Source: Ginglymostoma cirratum (taxonomy: Eukaryota). Taken from it: 64,000 nucleotides of DNA. Under the pieces are notes generated by a model. It saw only the letters and a list, made by a program, of their open reading frames with translations, made no database searches and was not told the DNA's origin. Location of the stretch: positions 1,410,491 to 1,474,490 of the forward strand of contig JAHRHZ010000066.1 of the NCBI GenBank assembly GCA_024137785.1, in the 5' to 3' direction. The position numbers and the translations under genes are program-made. Below, piece by piece: positions 14,421 through 26,839 of this stretch; the first letter of the stretch is position 1; every line of letters starts with the position of its first letter.

Positions 14421-14558
14421 ATCATAATGGACTCGAATATAACAAAGCAGGCGCTGAATGAGATTGAGACACGACACCACGAGATCATCAAACTGGAAAA
14501 CTGTATCCGTGAGCTGCACGATATGTTCATGGACATGGCAATGCTGGTAGAAAGCCAG
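14421..14558 (+). CDS. STX1A: Syntaxin-1A exon (138 nt), N-terminal half of Qa-SNARE motif ending at the 0-layer Gln
   Basis: tctctcacAG / GTaaga; [46 protein letters not shown]; in frame with the previous exon. Confidence 0.97.
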
Positions 14559-15469
14559 GTAAGAGAAGCAGTGAACGGAGAGTGTTCCCATTCTGAACTT
14601 TTGTATCACAGACTAGCTGAGAGCCACGTAAATAATAGACCCAACTTTGTCCATATAGATCAAATTTAAATCCTTTATGTCTCTATGGTGATGCTGACAT
14701 TAGTTGACAAAACATTTTGATCGATGAATCCCTTTAGGGGAGTGCAAGGCTCTTTGTGTGTGTGAGAAATATATTACTTCACTTTACACTGTGGCTTGTG
14801 AAATTATTTGCTGATGTTGAATTTTATTATTGACGTCAAAGGGTAATGCTAATGTCAGATTAGGTGCTATGTGTGACCCACCTGTCATGTGTCCATCACA
14901 GACTGGCCCAAGTAGGAGGCTGCAAGTTGTTTTTCAAAGTTTTAGACATCATCTCTATATCTATCTTGTAGTTTTTTCCACTTATAACTTTTCTCCCAGG
15001 CCACACACTTTACCATCACCAAGTGCAGAGTAACCAACTGAGCACAGACTGGGGAAAAAGGGTTTCAGATGTCCTTGACCTGTGTAACACATTAGAAGCA
15101 ACATTTATTCCAACTGGTCCATTAGCGACTCTGTCTTCTTACTGCCAGGTTTCAGGTAGGCTCTATCCAGAAAACCACAGCTTCACAATCTCAAGCAGAG
15201 AATTGAATTGGTAATGTTATCATTTGTACTAGCTCCCAGCTACACAGCTCTCATCATTCTCCTGTCAGTGGATCACTCATAAATCCTCTACAACTGGTGC
15301 GGCATTCTCCCTATCCATTATTATAAACTACATGAAAGATGTAGAATTTTCTCTGACTAATTATGACCAATGCCACTGTAGATTAGCTCGACATACAGTG
15401 ACATCTCCCCCATGCTTGATGTGAGCTTTTGCCTTTCAATTTGTGAATCTCACTAATTATTGTTCATTT

Positions 15470-15665
15470 TTTCCACCCCAGAGGGTTATAGAAGCTCAGT
15501 CATTAAGCAAGATCAAGGCAGAGATTACTAGATTTATGGTTACTGATGACATCAAGGGATGTGGTTTTAATGCAGGAAGGTGGTGCTGAAGTAGATAATC
15601 AGCCATGATCTAAAATGGCAGAGCAGGCTCAAAGGGCTGAATGGCCTAATCCTGCTCCTTTGTAC
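15470..15665 (+). mobile_element. CR1 3' terminal fragment
   Basis: gatcaaggcagagattactagattt...gcaggctcaaagggctgaatggcctaatcctgctcct. Confidence 0.65.
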
Positions 15666-15989
15666 CAATGCTTCTAGAATCTCCCTACTTTCTGCCTCCA
15701 TTCCCCCTCCATTTTAATTTGACTGATCACCTCATCTGACCATTTACAAATATCTCCAACTCCAAGCATTCACCCTCACCCCTTCATGGAAACAAAATGA
15801 AATTGAAAATGGAAAGAAAGGTACAAATTGTATTAGGAGCTTAAATCTTGTTCCTAAGACTATTGATGTAGATCTTAACTCCACAAGATCCTAAGATGTT
15901 CTGCCTTATCCCTACCAGTGTGGTATCATCAGACTGGATGGAGTTTAACATAGTCTGTAACATTAACCTTTACAGAACAATTGACTTAC

Positions 15990-16930
15990 TCAATAATTAG
16001 AGCAAGGAAGCAGCTCATTTTATCTGTTGATGTTCATACTGGCTCCCTATGAGGTCTACTGGTGCTATTCCCCTGCCTTTCCTATGTAGCCCTGCAAAAC
16101 TTTTCAGATAATTTCCTTTAGAAAGCCACAATTGAATCTGCCTCCACTCTCAGGCAGTGCATTACAGATCCTAAACAACTTGCTGCATATAAATGTTTTT
16201 TTCTCAAGTTATCACTGGTTCTTTTGTCAATCATGTTAAATCAGTGTCCGCTATGTCATGACACTTCCACCCATGGGAACAATTTCTCCCTTCCTACTCC
16301 ATTTGGATCCTTCGTGATTTTGAGATTCTCTATCAAATCTTCCCTCGGCCTCCTGTTCTCCACAGAGAACAGCCTAGTGACTCCAGTCTATTCTTGTACA
16401 CAAGCTGAAGTCCCTCATCCTCAGATCGGTTTTCTTTCATCTTTTCTACACTGTGTTAAAGATTCTTCCTAAATTATAGTTCCCAGAATTAGATACAGTA
16501 TCCAGTTGAGGCAAACCAAAGTTTTACACAAACGTCATAACATCCTTTCTTTCATGCTCAGTTCCTCTTTTTACAAAACCTAGCTCCTTCATGACCTAAA
16601 GACTGCTTTCTCAACCTATCCTATGATCTTCAATGATTTATTTATATGTACTGCAGATCCCTTTGTTCCTTCACCCTGTTCAGAATTGTAATTTGTATTG
16701 TCTCTCCACATTTTCTCAATTTACTTCTTCATGTCAAATTTTGTCTACCACTTGTCTGTCCATCCCAATCTACATCCTTGTGAAGCCTACAACTATACTC
16801 TTCATAGTCCATAATATTCCCAAGCATGATGACATCTGAAAAATTTGAAAATATGCCCCGCACTCAAGTCATAGTCACTAATATAGGTCAAGACAAGCAA
16901 AGACCCCGATATCGAGCCCTTGGAGTACAC
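15990..16930 (-). mobile_element. Decayed CR1 LINE fragment
   Basis: Reverse complement gives CR1 RT C-terminal and 3' UTR words (gaggccgaggggagatttgataga; aattctgggaact). Confidence 0.7.
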
Positions 16931-17175
16931 CATTGTGGGCTGAAGAGATTGGAGATTATAGGCAACTAAAACAAACCTGATTAAAGAGAGATTGAGGAGA
17001 GGGGAGAATAGAATTCTAATAGAGCTCCCTGTAGTGCTGCTTTCCAGTGTTACTGGGAGTCTCTGCCTGTGAGTCAGTTCTGCCTATGCTGGTAACAAGC
17101 CTATGTTTTCTCCTGCTGCTAATACCCTGGACTGGACGGTGGAGTCCTGCAGGTATTTGTATCTCTGTATTTGTA

Positions 17176-17503
17176 GCATGCCATAACTGTGTAATTTGCA
17201 TGAGAGCATGTGCTACAAGCGATTTGCATGCCCTTGGGTATTTTTATATATGCTGAAATGCAACACCAAGTCTGCCAAATGTGCAGTGTTGTGTAACTGT
17301 TACCTTGTTCGCATGGCTTCTCCCACTGTACCAGGCCTAGTGAATACCAGCATCAGCATTATTGAGTACAAACCTGCTGCTCACTATTGCTGGAGTAAGC
17401 CACATCCCATGGTAAGGGCCCGGTACAGTGGCGAGACCCAGGTTCCAAAGGCAATCTCAATGTAGCAACGTGTTCAGAGGTGCCTAGCTAAGAATCCTGC
17501 ATG
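17176..17503 (+). promoter_or_regulatory. Intronic cluster of RBFOX-type (T)GCATG motifs
   Basis: GCATG/TGCATG at 17176, 17197, 17206, 17225, 17311 and 17498, in non-repetitive sequence 0.9-1.2 kb upstream of the duplicated exons. Confidence 0.55.
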
Positions 17504-18389
17504 AACGTGAAATAACAGACATCAGAAAGGACAGATTTCCCTACTCGCTCCCTCTAACATGCCAACACTGGACAGAAGCAGCATACATGAAGTGCCAGGA
17601 TTAGCTGATCTTTGGCAGTGCTTAGTGTAGAAGGGGGCCTAATGCAGTGTGTTGGCACTTTTTAGCTACAAACAATAACGGTCTCAATCAGAGCTAATGA
17701 TCCTAGGATTGGCTGTTGGAATCTCGAGGGACCTGGAGTATTTGATCTGAATTGTGAAACCCTCAGCTTTGGGGTTCAGGACTGCTGGGAGAAAAATAAA
17801 AATGAGAATAGTAGCAGTGGCGATGGGATGTTCAGTGGGACTCGGCGAAACACACTGCCATTTCTTTTCCTGCGGAGGTGGGCTTTCTCTTGGGAATAAG
17901 TCAGTAAAGATTAACATTTACATGTAGTGTCCAGAGAATCCTCATCCTAGTATAAACGCTCTAAACAGCAGTGACAGGGAGTAGAAATGCTCCATGGGTC
18001 AAAATCTATTACGGTTCAAAACTAAAGTCAAATCTTTAATAGCTTCTGCAGTTTTCCAAATCGAAGTGATTGCATGATCTGATAATTGAGTCCTAGCAAA
18101 AGTGAATGAATGGCTCACTGTGTCATGGTGGGAGATAGCTTATGTACTGTTTCACCTCCACATTCAGCTGTGGGATTGTGGTGATCCACCAGGTGAAAGG
18201 ATGAGTTCCATGCAGTCAGGCAGTAGTTACTGTGGGGCTGAAGAATAAAGCTCTTGGAGGCTTCAGCTGGGGTTGGGGACTGCTGCAAGGTGTGGGCAAT
18301 GAGCAAGCAAAAGGGAGGCTTTTCATGTTTGTGTTTTTGTGTGCTCGGAGTGTCTGGACACCTTGTCAACCCTTTACTTTCTGTTTCAG

Positions 18390-18500
18390 GGTGATGTGGT
18401 CAACAGCATTGAGCAGAACGTCACCAATGCAGCGGATTATGTCGAACAGGCAAAGGACAGCACAAAAAAAGCAGTTAACTTTCAGGGTACAAGCAGACGG
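18390..18500 (+). CDS. STX1A: Alternative (duplicated) SNARE C-terminal exon 9A of syntaxin-1A, STX2/STX3A-like
   Basis: ctgtttcAG / GTaagt; 111 nt, phase 0/0, open; GDVVNSIEQNVTNAADYVEQAKDSTKKAVNFQGTSRR; 18/37 aa identical to the adjacent exon with all heptad layer positions kept. Confidence 0.9.
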
Positions 18501-18576
18501 GTAAGTGGCTGAAGAGAACACACTCTGAGAAGATCTGTTATTGTCATGTGTCTCTGCTCTTTTCCTTGATGCCCAG

Positions 18577-18687
18577 GGAGAGATGATAGACAGGATCGAA
18601 TACAACGTTGAGCACTCAGTTGACTACGTAGAGAGGGCAGTGTCCGACACGAAAAAGGCGGTTAAGTACCAGAGTAAAGCACGACGG
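18577..18687 (+). CDS. STX1A: Canonical syntaxin-1 SNARE C-terminal exon 9B
   Basis: gcccAG / GTaagt; 111 nt; [37 protein letters not shown]. Confidence 0.97.
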
Positions 18688-18959
18688 GTAAGTAGTGCAA
18701 GTATCTCCATCTCAGCATGTGGCATGGTCAACTCCATTTGTGAACCGTGCTTTTCCCAATCCCATCACAAGAGACCACAGTAAAACAATGTTTCTCAAGC
18801 CTTGTGTTCACATGATTGACCTGCAGACTATATCCATCCCCAGATACCCTGCAGCCTGTATCAGCTGCCAGTCTGCAATTCCCTGAACTTTTCTCCTGAG
18901 TTAAGGACACTGCCCCTCAATCTGTCTGGGTTTATTATCGATGGTGTATGTTCTGCATA

Positions 18960-19270
18960 AAATGTCACTGGACCGTTTACTCCTGAGGCTGAGGTTCAGA
19001 GGACATGAGTTCAAACCAATCCAGAGCAGCTAATGGAATTTAAATTCATTTAGTAAAAGAAAATCTGGAATTGAAAGCTAGTGTTTGTAATAATGACCAT
19101 GTAACTAGCATTGGTTTTTATAAAAACCATCTACAAGTATCTTCAAGGGAAGGAAATCTGCCATCTTCACCTGGTGTCACCTACATGTGATTCCAGTCCC
19201 ACAGTTACGTGGTCTATCCTTAACTGCTGTCAAGGCGACAGAGGGATGAGGGACAAATGTGGCCTTGCAA
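18960..19270 (+). mobile_element. tRNA-derived SINE, decayed
   Basis: aatgtcactggac...gagttcaaacc...ggaaggaaatctgccatcttcacctgg...; same family as 26840-27420 and 29200-29540. Confidence 0.65.
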
Positions 19271-21964
19271 AAAAATATAAAACAAAACTGGAGCTCTTGG
19301 CCCGTTGACACAATATGCTGTAGTAGAATATACACACGGGAGTGTTAGACTCAGTGAGTATATTTTGAAATATACATAGCACACCACAACTCAGTGGTGC
19401 AACCTTAAAACTAACCTTAATTTCTACCAATTTCTCCCCCTCCCTGATATTATTATGTTAGGGTGATACCATTGTTAAGTAATGTCTATATGTCACCACA
19501 GTGTAGTAGCAGGGAACAATTACGTCACTTTGCTAGAAACAGATCTTGGTGAGCTGAGAGTTATCTGAAGACTCAAGCACACATTTTTATTGAATGATGG
19601 TGAACACTTGACATGGCTCACCAGCTATTCAGAAAACTGTCTTGTAATGTATGCCCAGGCTTTCAATGGTATATCTGCAAAGACCAATCATACTTTTTAA
19701 CATGCACCAGGGAACCAAAAATATCAGGTAAGAATGTTAACAGATAGAAGACAAAGCCCATGTCCATGGAATCATGACAGAGAAACATTTGCTTTGCTGA
19801 CACTTATTGCATTCTGTGGTTTTTCCATTCCTTTTACCTATGCTTGGAGCCTCTGTGAAGCATTTCTCCCAAAAACTCTTGGATTGCTATCCCTTTCATG
19901 CACACTTTACCACACAAACCAGCTGGTAGTTAGCATTCCAATGCAACATCCATTACTCATGGTGAGCACTGTTGTGGCATCCTTGCAGAAAGTACCAGCT
20001 GTATTTGCAGTGGTGGTTAGTAGTATATTAGAGGCAAGGCTTCTGCATGTGGTGACTTGAACAACATTGAGTGAAATTACAGATAGTTGAACTAGGAAAG
20101 TAGCCGTACTAGACCTCGTACTGGGGAATGAGCCTGGCCAGGTGACGGAAGTTGCAGTGGGCAGCATTTTCTGGAACAGTGATCATAATTCTGTAAGGTT
20201 TAACATAGTTATGGATAAAGATAAGACTGGTCCTCAGGTGAAAGTTCTAAACTGGCTGAAGGCTAATTACAACAGTATTAGGCAGGAACTGGAGAAATTA
20301 GATTGGGGCAGCTGTTTGAGGATAAATCCACGTCTGACATATGGGAGCCCTTTAAAGGGCCAGTTAATCAGAGTTTAGGACCAGTATGTTTCTATGAGGA
20401 TGAAAGATAAAGATGGCAAGATTCAGGAACTCTGAATGACAAGAGCTATTGAAAGTCTCCTCAAAAAGAAAAAGGAAGTGCATGTCAAGTTTAGGAAACT
20501 GAAATTAGACAAAGCCATTGAAGAATACAGAGGAAGCAGGAAAGAATTTAAACAAGAAATTAGGAGGGTTAAAGTGGCCATGCAATGTCCTTGGCAAGTG
20601 GGATTAAGGAGAATCTCTAGGCATTTTATACATATATTAGGAGCAAGAGAGTAACCAGGAAAAGGGCAGGTTCAATCAAGGACAAAGGAGGGAATTTATG
20701 CATGGAGCCAAAGAAAGTGGGTGAGGTGTTTATTGAATATTTCACATCGATATTCACCAAGGAGGAGGACATGGATGATGCTAAGATTAGGGGTATGTTG
20801 GTATTCTCGGGCAGGTCGAGATTAGGAAGGAGGAGTTGTTGTGTGATTTGAAAACCATTAAGGTAGGGCCTGATGGGATCAAATCCAAGATACTTAGGGA
20901 GGCAAAGGAGAAGATTATTGGTGACTTGACAGAAATCTTTGTATCCTGTTTAGCCACAGGCGAGGCCTCAATAAACTGGAAGATAGCCAATGTTATTTCT
21001 TTGCATACACAGGGCAACAGAGATAATTGAAGAAATTATTGGCCAGTGAGACTTACATCAATGGTAGGGAAACTATTGGAGAAGGATTTGGGACATTATT
21101 TACTCACATTTGGAAAAGAATGGATTTATTAGAGGTAGTCAGCATGGCTTTGTGCAAGGGAGGTCCTGACTCACAAATTTGATTTGAGTTTTTTGAGGAA
21201 GTGACGAAGATGAATGACAAGGGTAGGACAGTGGATGCCATCTACATGTATTTTACTAAAGCATTTGACAATGTCCATCATGGTAGGCTAGTCCAGAAGG
21301 TTAAGTCACATGGAACCCATGGTGAATTGATAAGTTAGACGCAGCATTGGCTTGGTCATGGAAGGCAGAAGGTAGTTGCAGAAGGGTGTTTTTTTCTGAC
21401 TGGAAATCTGTGACCGATGGTATTCTGCGAGAATCAGTGCTGGGACCTCTGTTATTTGTAAAATACCTAAATCATTTGGATAAAAATATAGGTGATCTGA
21501 TTAATAAGCTTGCAGCTAACACAGAAATTGGTGGAGTTGTGGATAATGAATAAAGTTGTCACAGGATAAAGCAGGATATAGATCATTTGGAAGGTTGGGT
21601 GGAGTAGTGGCAGATGGAGTTTGATCTGGACAAGTAGGAGGTGATGTATTTTGGGAGGTCAAATGCAAGAGGAAGGCGTACAGTAAATGGCAGGACCTTT
21701 GGGAGCATTGAGATACAGAGGAATCTTGAGATGCAAGTCCATAGCTCCATAAAAGTGGTGACACAAATGCACGTGGATAAGGTTGTGAAGAAGGTGTATG
21801 GCTTGCTTGCCTTCATCGATCGGGGCATTGAATATAAGAATTGGCAAGTCATATTGCAATCAAACTTCAGTTAGGCCACATTTCAAGTATTGTGTGCAAT
21901 TCAGGTCACCAAACAATAGGAAGAGACTTTGGAGATGGTAACAATAGAGATTTACCAAGATATT

Positions 21965-22170
21965 AGAAAAAGCAAGATCTACAAATGCTGGAGCCAGAGA
22001 CAACACAGTATGGAGCTGGAGGAACACAGCACGCCAGGCAGCATGAGAGGAGCAGGAAATTTGATGTTTGGGTCAGGACCCTTCAGAAGACCCAACCTGA
22101 AACATCAACTTTCCTGCACATCTGATGCTGCCTAGCCTGCTGTGTTCCTCCAGCTCCACACTGTGTTGTC
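21965..22170. mobile_element. Palindromic Penelope-type insertion nested in CR1
   Basis: Inverted arms gacaacacagtatggagctggaggaacacagca / tgctgtgttcctccagctccacactgtgttgtc; flanks tttaccaagatatt (21951-21964) and tttgccaggaagtt (22171-22184) look like diverged copies of the CR1 word tttaccaggatgtt. Confidence 0.75.
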
Positions 22171-22442
22171 TTTGCCAGGAAGTTGCCTGGATTCGAGTGT
22201 ATCAACCACAAAGAGAGGTTGGACAAATCTGGATTGTTTTCGAACTTGGATGCTGAGGAACGACCTGATAGAAGTGTATAGTATTATAAGAGGCATGGAC
22301 AGAATGGATAATTGGAGTCTTTTACCCTACGGTGGACATATCAAATGCTGGGGGATATAAGCTTAAAATGAGAAGAGAAAAGTTTTAAAGGAGTCATGCA
22401 GGTTAGAGAGGGGGTGGTAGGTTCCGCAAGTGTACTGCCATG

Positions 22443-22938
22443 GGAGTCATACAGCATGGAAAAGGACCCTTCAGTCCAAACAGTCCACGCCAACCATGTT
22501 CCCAAACTAAACTAGTCCCACCTGCCTGCGTATGGCCCATATCTATCCTGTTCATGAACTTAGCTAAATGTCTTTTAAACGTTGTAACTGGCCCTGCATC
22601 CACCACTTTCTCTGGCAGTTCATTCTATGCACACATCATTCTCTATGTAAAAAAGAAGTTGCCTTATTTTTTAAATCTTTCTCTTCTCAGCTTAAAAACA
22701 TTCCCCCTAGTTTTGAACTCTCCCACCCCAGGGGAAAGACCCTTGTCATTCACCTTATCTATGCCCCTTATGATTTTATAAACCTCAATAAGATAACCTG
22801 TCAACCTCCTATGCTCCAGTGGAAAAGTCCCAGCCTTTCCACTCTATTCTTATATCTCAAACCTTCCATTCCCAGCAACATCCTGGCAACGTCCATTTCT
22901 GAACCCTCTCCAGTTTAATAATATCCTTGCTGTAACAG
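22443..22938 (-). mobile_element. CR1 3' fragment inserted in opposite orientation into the CR1 above
   Basis: Minus strand reads ...VDAGPVTTFKRHL.KFMN and a CR1 3' UTR; the host CR1 resumes at ggtggtagaagcag (~22940). Confidence 0.85.
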
Positions 22939-25900
22939 GGTGGTGGTAGAAGCAGATACAGTAGCAACATTTAAGAGACATTTAGAAAGATACAACCAGG
23001 CAGGGCATGGAGGGATACAGACATGTGAAGGCAGACGAGATTAGTTTAGAATGGCATCCTGATTAGCACAGACATGATGGGGCCAAGGGCCAGTTCCTGT
23101 GCCGTATTGTTCTATGTTCTAATTGGGAATTGAAAAGATACTGAGCATTACATTCCTCAAACTATCTTTCCAAGAGGTGTGCTAATGTTCATTCCACTGT
23201 CCAACCCATTATTTCACTCAATAATTTTTACCCTGAACATGCTTCCTTAATGCAGTCTATCCTGATCTAAAGTATTTAACATTTCAATGTAATCTAACCA
23301 CCTAAGCCTATTTTTAATCGGACCAATATATCTGACCTAATCTTTAACATTACATGTTGTCTCATCATTACGTGTCCTATTTTATTGTATTGAAAGACTC
23401 AGATCTCTCCCAACGTAATCTAATCTAGTCATCATATAATGGATCTGAGTGCAATAGATCCTTGTCAAATCTATACCGTTGCAATGTTTTATAAATAAAG
23501 CTAGCCTCATATCACTTATCCTGTTATATTATATGCCAATACAATCATCCCTAACAAAATCAGTCCAGTACAATCTGTCCAATTAGTGTATTTCAGTCTA
23601 ATATGTCCCAGCTGTTTTCTTGCCCCAGTACAAGCAACAGGCTCTCCTAGTTGATAAATATGGCCTGACATAAACAAAGACCTTTTCTCTACTGTAACCA
23701 CATGCTTTCACTTTGCACTCATTTGAGGATTTTTAGTTAATGTGATGTCTACTCCCCACTTGAGCCAATCTGAATGAGATTGCCAGTGTGGTATTAACCA
23801 TACCAGACAGGGTGTAACTTACTGCCATAAACCAACATACTTGGTGGCTTTGGGCTTGGTCAGGATTGATGTATGTTTTTTCCAAGATCTTGCAGCCAAC
23901 TGATGTATAAACTTCTGCTGCAATCGACCTCAAATCAAATTATACCTTTATCCTCTCCTGTGATGTTACTAGATTGAGTTAACAATATCTAGACACAATC
24001 AAACCAAAAATTACAATTAGCAAAGTCTTCTCCAGGACTATCCTGATATGATAGGACTTTGTACAATGTACCTAAGACCCCTATTTATCCCTCTTGTATT
24101 TATCCCAATATATTACTGTGGTTTATTCCATTCTGATACACCTTACAGAGTAGCCTAATCTATTACAATGGAAAGCATCCAGGATATATGTGCTTTCTAA
24201 TACCAAAATAAACACTAATGATAAGGATGGGAAGCAGACTTAAGGTTCGTATGAATTATAGCCACCAAAATTGGGTAGATGTATTTTGAACAGGGTATTG
24301 AAATCTTAAAATATCAGAATTCTGACTCCAACCTGCCTGCTTTTAGTTTCATCAAAGTGAGATGGGAATGGACAAACCAACTCAAAGTCAGAAGATTAGG
24401 TAGAAATATAAATATTTTAATGGAATTGCTTGCATAACATTTGATCTCCATTATGAGTTCACCCCAGGTCGAGGAGTTTTCCAGGCCTTCCTAAAGCCAA
24501 GATCTAAAAGGAGATGATGATTGAGAAGGTTCATGATGGATACATGTCACCACCTTCACTCAATCCTGCCCTTGGACACACCCCCAACAACCTTTCCATC
24601 CACTCCATAAGGTCAATGATCTCAGTCCCACTCCCTAACTCGAACAATCTGCCAGTGATCTCTCCATTCTCCCTCAATCCCCAATATTCCTATTAGATTC
24701 TAATCTTGCACTTGGCCCTCATTCACTTTTCATTTTGGATCCTAATCCTTCCTCTGATTGGGATCAACATCAACATCACTCTAGCCTTTTAATCTTCCAC
24801 TTGACTTCAGCCTACCTCTCGGCCATTTATCTCACCCTACTGCGGCTTTTCCAATCCTGCTGTCCCTTGTCTCTGTTCCCTGGTTATGGTCTGTCCTGAA
24901 GTCCTTCCTGCCTAATGGGCAGCAAAGATCTAGCTGCATATGATCAGTAAACAAATAAAAATAAAGCTGATTAGATCCTGCTATTAAATTTGTCAGGACC
25001 TGTAGGGAACTTGTTATTTCCTGACCTCCAATCAGACTTCTTATTTCTGAGTTCAGCTTGTTGTTTATGACTGCTAAACTGAGAGAGATTGCAGGAACAC
25101 AATGGAGTGCAATCTTGTTATTTGAAAATCCACAATATTCAAATACAAGCCTTACGACCTGACCTGTGTTCGAGTTAAAGACAGATGCTGTTGTATTCCA
25201 CAAATGTTAGAACCTTAATTGTGTGTCATGGAAATAGCATACAAACTGTTCTTTAAATATTTCCATTAAAGTTTCTGCTAAATTTAAGTTGCATTAATGT
25301 AAAATCCTCCATGATTGGTGCAAGCACGCAAGTAATAGAATGCAAATTTTAAATTTCAAAATCTCCTTGATATATTTAACAGTGATAACCTGCTCTAATT
25401 TTGTTTATAAAGCTTTAAAATGGGTTCATCACCAAAAATAAGCAAATTAGTAAATGTTCCAGTTTTCCACCTGTGAACAACCAGATTTAAAATCATAGAA
25501 AATAACAATTAAGCACGATACTGAGCCATTTCATAGTTTTGTTGGTGTGTGCTAATCAGCTCCTTACTGAATTGTGTTCTTTGTGTGATTAAACATGTTG
25601 TCCATGTCATATCACAATCTTCAGAATGTTACATTTCCAAACTGGGAAGCAGGGTCAGTTTGCCCGATGCAGGCAAATCAAAAGTCAAATCTTAGAAGCA
25701 AAGTTCATAAATAACCCAAATGTAAATAGTTTGGAATATGACCCACTAGTGTTTAAAGCTCGTTTGTGCAGTTCAGCTGATTCTGTCTGGATTGCACTGA
25801 TCTTACTGACATGAATGAGCAAAAATTTGATCCCCTCATTTTTACTAGCAATGAAAGTCAATAGATAAGGGCATGGTAGGAGTCAGTGAATATGGTTAGT

Positions 25901-26839
25901 ATCACAAACACCACCTTACTCATGAGGTTGTAATCCCAAATTTTAGAACTAGAAGCTCTTAGGCTGACTTGTATTGTATACAAATCCTTTTAACAAAGTT
26001 TAATGAAGATTGTTAAATTTGTTAAATGTTTTAGATAATCGACAGATGATTTATGTACTATGTTACTATGAGAAATATCAACTAGAACGGTTTCAAATTG
26101 TTCATGATTATACAGCTTCTTACATGGGAGATCGTGAATGGAAAATATTGAGGAAGTATGTGAAATGTATACCAACAGAAGATGATATTCAATAGGTATC
26201 TAAAGATAATTAAGGGTAAGAATAAATTAGAAGTAAAATAGTAGATGGAAGGTTGTAGTAAAATACCATTACAAACAAAAGCAAGTAAAATAATCGGAGA
26301 AGTGAAGAACACGAAATGTATGGGGAAGACATCAAAAGTGACAATGCAAGATTTATAACTGTGTACTCATTAAACAATGGCTGCAAATATATCAGTTTAC
26401 CTTAAATGATGGTGAAATGATGGTTCTGCAATTAAACAAATTCATCTTTACTCCAGGAGATAAGCAGGATTCACTGGAGTCTGAGTCACGTTTCCAGGGA
26501 CAAAGATAAAGGAGCGAGACAATATGTCAATCCTGATGGCTGTGGTCATTAAAAAGATAGAAAGCGCTTAGACAGTGTTACTGCACCTGACACTTTGAGC
26601 ACAAGGGTTTCAGGGAGTAGTAAGGCGTGAAGTCTCAACCATCTTTAATGAGTAGTTCTAGAGGATTAGAAAGTGGTTTACATAACTTTTCAGGTTTATA
26701 GTTTCCTTCTTGAAATAACAATTTTATGTCCATCATAGAAAAGGCCTTGAAAAGCATTTTGAAGTTTCAACAGGTTAACACTTGGAAAATTGTTACCATT
26801 TAATTGGAGAATGCTAGAGGAGGTCACATAAGGGAGGTG

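Larger units (their letters stand above)
20060..23121 (+). mobile_element. Long decayed CR1 LINE (endonuclease end, RT, 3' UTR) with two nested insertions
   Basis: LDLVLGNEPGQV, SDHNSVRF, GPDGI..KILRE, WKIANV, SVLGPLLF motifs; ends tgttctatgttcta; many stops and frameshifts. Confidence 0.92.

Noticed and set aside
18390-18500. Exon 9A as a dead pseudo-exon or assembly duplication
   Set aside because: Only ~49% aa identity with 9B, yet exact length, phase, splice sites, open frame and all heptad layers are retained
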